From assembly GCA_051047955.1 (NCBI GenBank), contig JBPGPT010000037.1:62001-126000 (forward strand): DNA of 64,000 nucleotides, written 5' to 3'. The notes beneath the pieces were generated by a model. It did not search any database. It had not been told where the DNA came from and saw only the letters and a program-made list of their open reading frames with translations. This document shows positions 62,004 to 64,000 of the stretch, one piece after another (the stretch's first letter is position 1; the number at the start of each line of letters is the position of its first letter). The translations under genes and the position numbers were made by a program. The DNA is from Cystobasidiomycetes sp. EMM_F5. Taxonomy: Eukaryota.

Positions 62004-64000
62004 ATGCCATACTGGCCATTCAATGCGACGTCAAAGGCTGACGATGCTGCAGGCCAGCCGCAGTCGTGGCTGTCGTATCTGGCTCTCCCGTCGCTGTCCA
62101 GCCTGCCCCAGATAGCACTACCGAATGCTCGCAACTTGCAACGCTCCGTTATCCGCTACCTCATCAACCGGACGCTGGGCGCATATTTCAACATTGGACA
62201 CGATGGCCCGGACAGCCAGGATATTGATGCGGATTTTGCTAACGGACAGGCTAATCTAAACAAGGTGTCCTTGCGAGTTGACGTGGGTGAACGCTGTTGT
62301 CGCAACGTGTATATCAAACAAGCTGATGCGTAGTGTCTAGCGCGTCAATGAGCTACTAAAGTCCCATTTGGAATCAGACGGCCAGGGTATCAGCGTCCAA
62401 GTTCTCTGCGGCACTATAGACCGTATACAAGTGTCTTTCGGCAACAATGACTCTACTCAAGATGCTGCAGATGCCCCTGCCCCCGCCGGCAGGTCAGCCT
62501 TGGAACGCATATTCTCTGCACCTATCAGCATATCTGCGCGTGAGATCGAGCTGGATGTCATTATACACCCGCCAAAGCCTTTGAAGGACAAACGCAAAGG
62601 ATCTGTGCAGTCCAATATTCCGGACGAAGCTCGAGAGGAATCGGCTGGACTCGCGGGATCGACCCTCAATCTTGCGGCCGCCTATGTTCGCGATTCGGAA
62701 GAGCTTGCTGCCGTATCCACCGACGAATCGGTTCTCGCTCAGTCAGAAGCCTTTGGGTTGCCTGGCTCATTCGACGCACCTGGTGCGAGCAAGTCAGACG
62801 AAGACGAGGCACAGATCGGACTCGCAGCCAATATTATAGAGCGGCTTCTTGCTCGTTTGCAGGTGAACATTACGTCCGTACGGATACGAATCCACTTTGC
62901 GCCGCCAAACTATGGCGCTATTGGCTTCGAGCGCATCTCTTTGGACAAGCTCCTGGCGATAGAAGTACGCTTGGATCGGGCTGCGTCGTCCTGCGTGATT
63001 GACGAGCAGGCGCAAAGCGTGTCCACAATCCGTACTTTACAAGTGGTCGGACTGCAGGCGCACCTCCGCTTGCCATCAGTACAGCTCGGCAGAGGTGCAG
63101 CATCAGCAGCTGCCGGAACGGCCTTACAGCCTCACGTATTTGAGGAGAAATTATCGACACCAAGTCCGACCAGTCAGGGTGTGAGCACCGATTCTGAAGA
63201 TGACCTGGCTATGAGTGTGGCCGTACTGGACCTACGTGCGTCTACCGAACAACTCCCAACAAGTAGAGTACTGGAGAGAGACCTTGATACCATTCCCGAC
63301 ATCGACGAAGACGAGCCAGGGAATGAGATGTTCTTCTCCATGGCGCCATCACGGTCAGTCACTCTACCTACGGCTGTAGGAGTGATGGCAGAGTCGCATT
63401 CAGTACCTATTGCCGGACCAACAGAGGTGTATTCTCCGCGCAGCGCCACAGATGATGGCGAAAAGTATAAGGCGGAGTCATCTGAGCACTTTGAAGGTGT
63501 AGGCGGCGATAAGGATAACACAGATTCGTTCGTACCAAGTCGCGACATATCGCCCGTCTCATCAGACTATGCATTCAGGCAAGTCTTTGGTGTTTTTACG
63601 CAGGGCCGTAACGAAATGCGCGAGCCAGGTACAATCAACGTGAGTTTCGCCAGCTCTAGGCCCAGCACAGGCAACGATGCTTTATCAGCGGAGGTGCGGA
63701 CATCAAGCCGAATTGAGCTAGATGTGCCGGAGCTGGCTGTTGTTCTACAACCAGATCATATTACACGCGTTCTCAGTACATTGCAGAGCTTATCAGCACC
63801 CGGAGATCCAACCACACACTACCCCTCCGATATAGGAAAAAATTCCCAAAAACGGCCTCCCAAGATTGCTGCTACTCTACATGCGAAAATCGCGGCTCTG
63901 AAAATGTTCCTACCGCTACAAACTTGCGAAGCCACTATCCAGGCCTTTCTACGGTCTGAAGTTACGCTTCCTACTTCATACTTATCTCTGTCCCTCGACG
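62004..64000 (+). CDS. ATG2: Probable autophagy protein Atg2 (chorein-N domain), 3' truncated by the window edge
   Basis: LQRSVIRYLINRTLGAYF...IDADFANGQANLNKVSLRVDRVNELL...GTIDRIQVSF resembles the chorein-N of Atg2. Long open exon after the intron near 62284-62340. Confidence 0.7.

Noticed and set aside
1..64000. rRNA, tRNA, CRISPR arrays, U12-type introns, secondary-metabolite backbone genes
   Set aside because: None recognised by eye. tRNAscan-SE and Rfam scans would be needed to exclude small intron-containing RNAs.

Overview
Gene-dense eukaryotic DNA with many short spliceosomal introns (mostly about 50-70 nt), read as a compact basidiomycete-type fungal genome; the Pucciniomycotina-like placement is an inference. 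About 25 protein-coding genes can be traced by hand-splicing: an FAD monooxygenase (partial), a 3-hydroxyacyl-CoA dehydrogenase, a coiled-coil hypothetical, a membrane-anchored GH5 exo-beta-1,3-glucanase, a divergent fumarylacetoacetase/cupin pair, a DUF4203-like membrane protein, a CTL/PNS1-like transporter, two tandem SGNH (CAP64/CAS3-like) paralogs, two MFS transporters, three single-pass S/T-rich membrane proteins, MET8, the PKA regulatory subunit, MSH4, HBS1, striatin, NDUFA12, a GH32 invertase, a Gfo/Idh/MocA oxidoreductase, YPT1 and the 5' end of probable ATG2. There is also a gag-only copia-like relic. No rRNA, tRNA or CRISPR was recognised. The most notable item is an 831-nt HBS1 intron hiding an alternative terminal exon with a Ski7/HBS1LV3-like exosome-binding motif. 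Also notable: the tandem SGNH pair with an MCB-box cluster upstream of one copy only, three GC-AG introns, and compositionally atypical introns with micro-exons in the allantoate permease. Gene boundaries are manual predictions, several 5' ends are uncertain, and family calls rest on recalled motifs rather than database searches.
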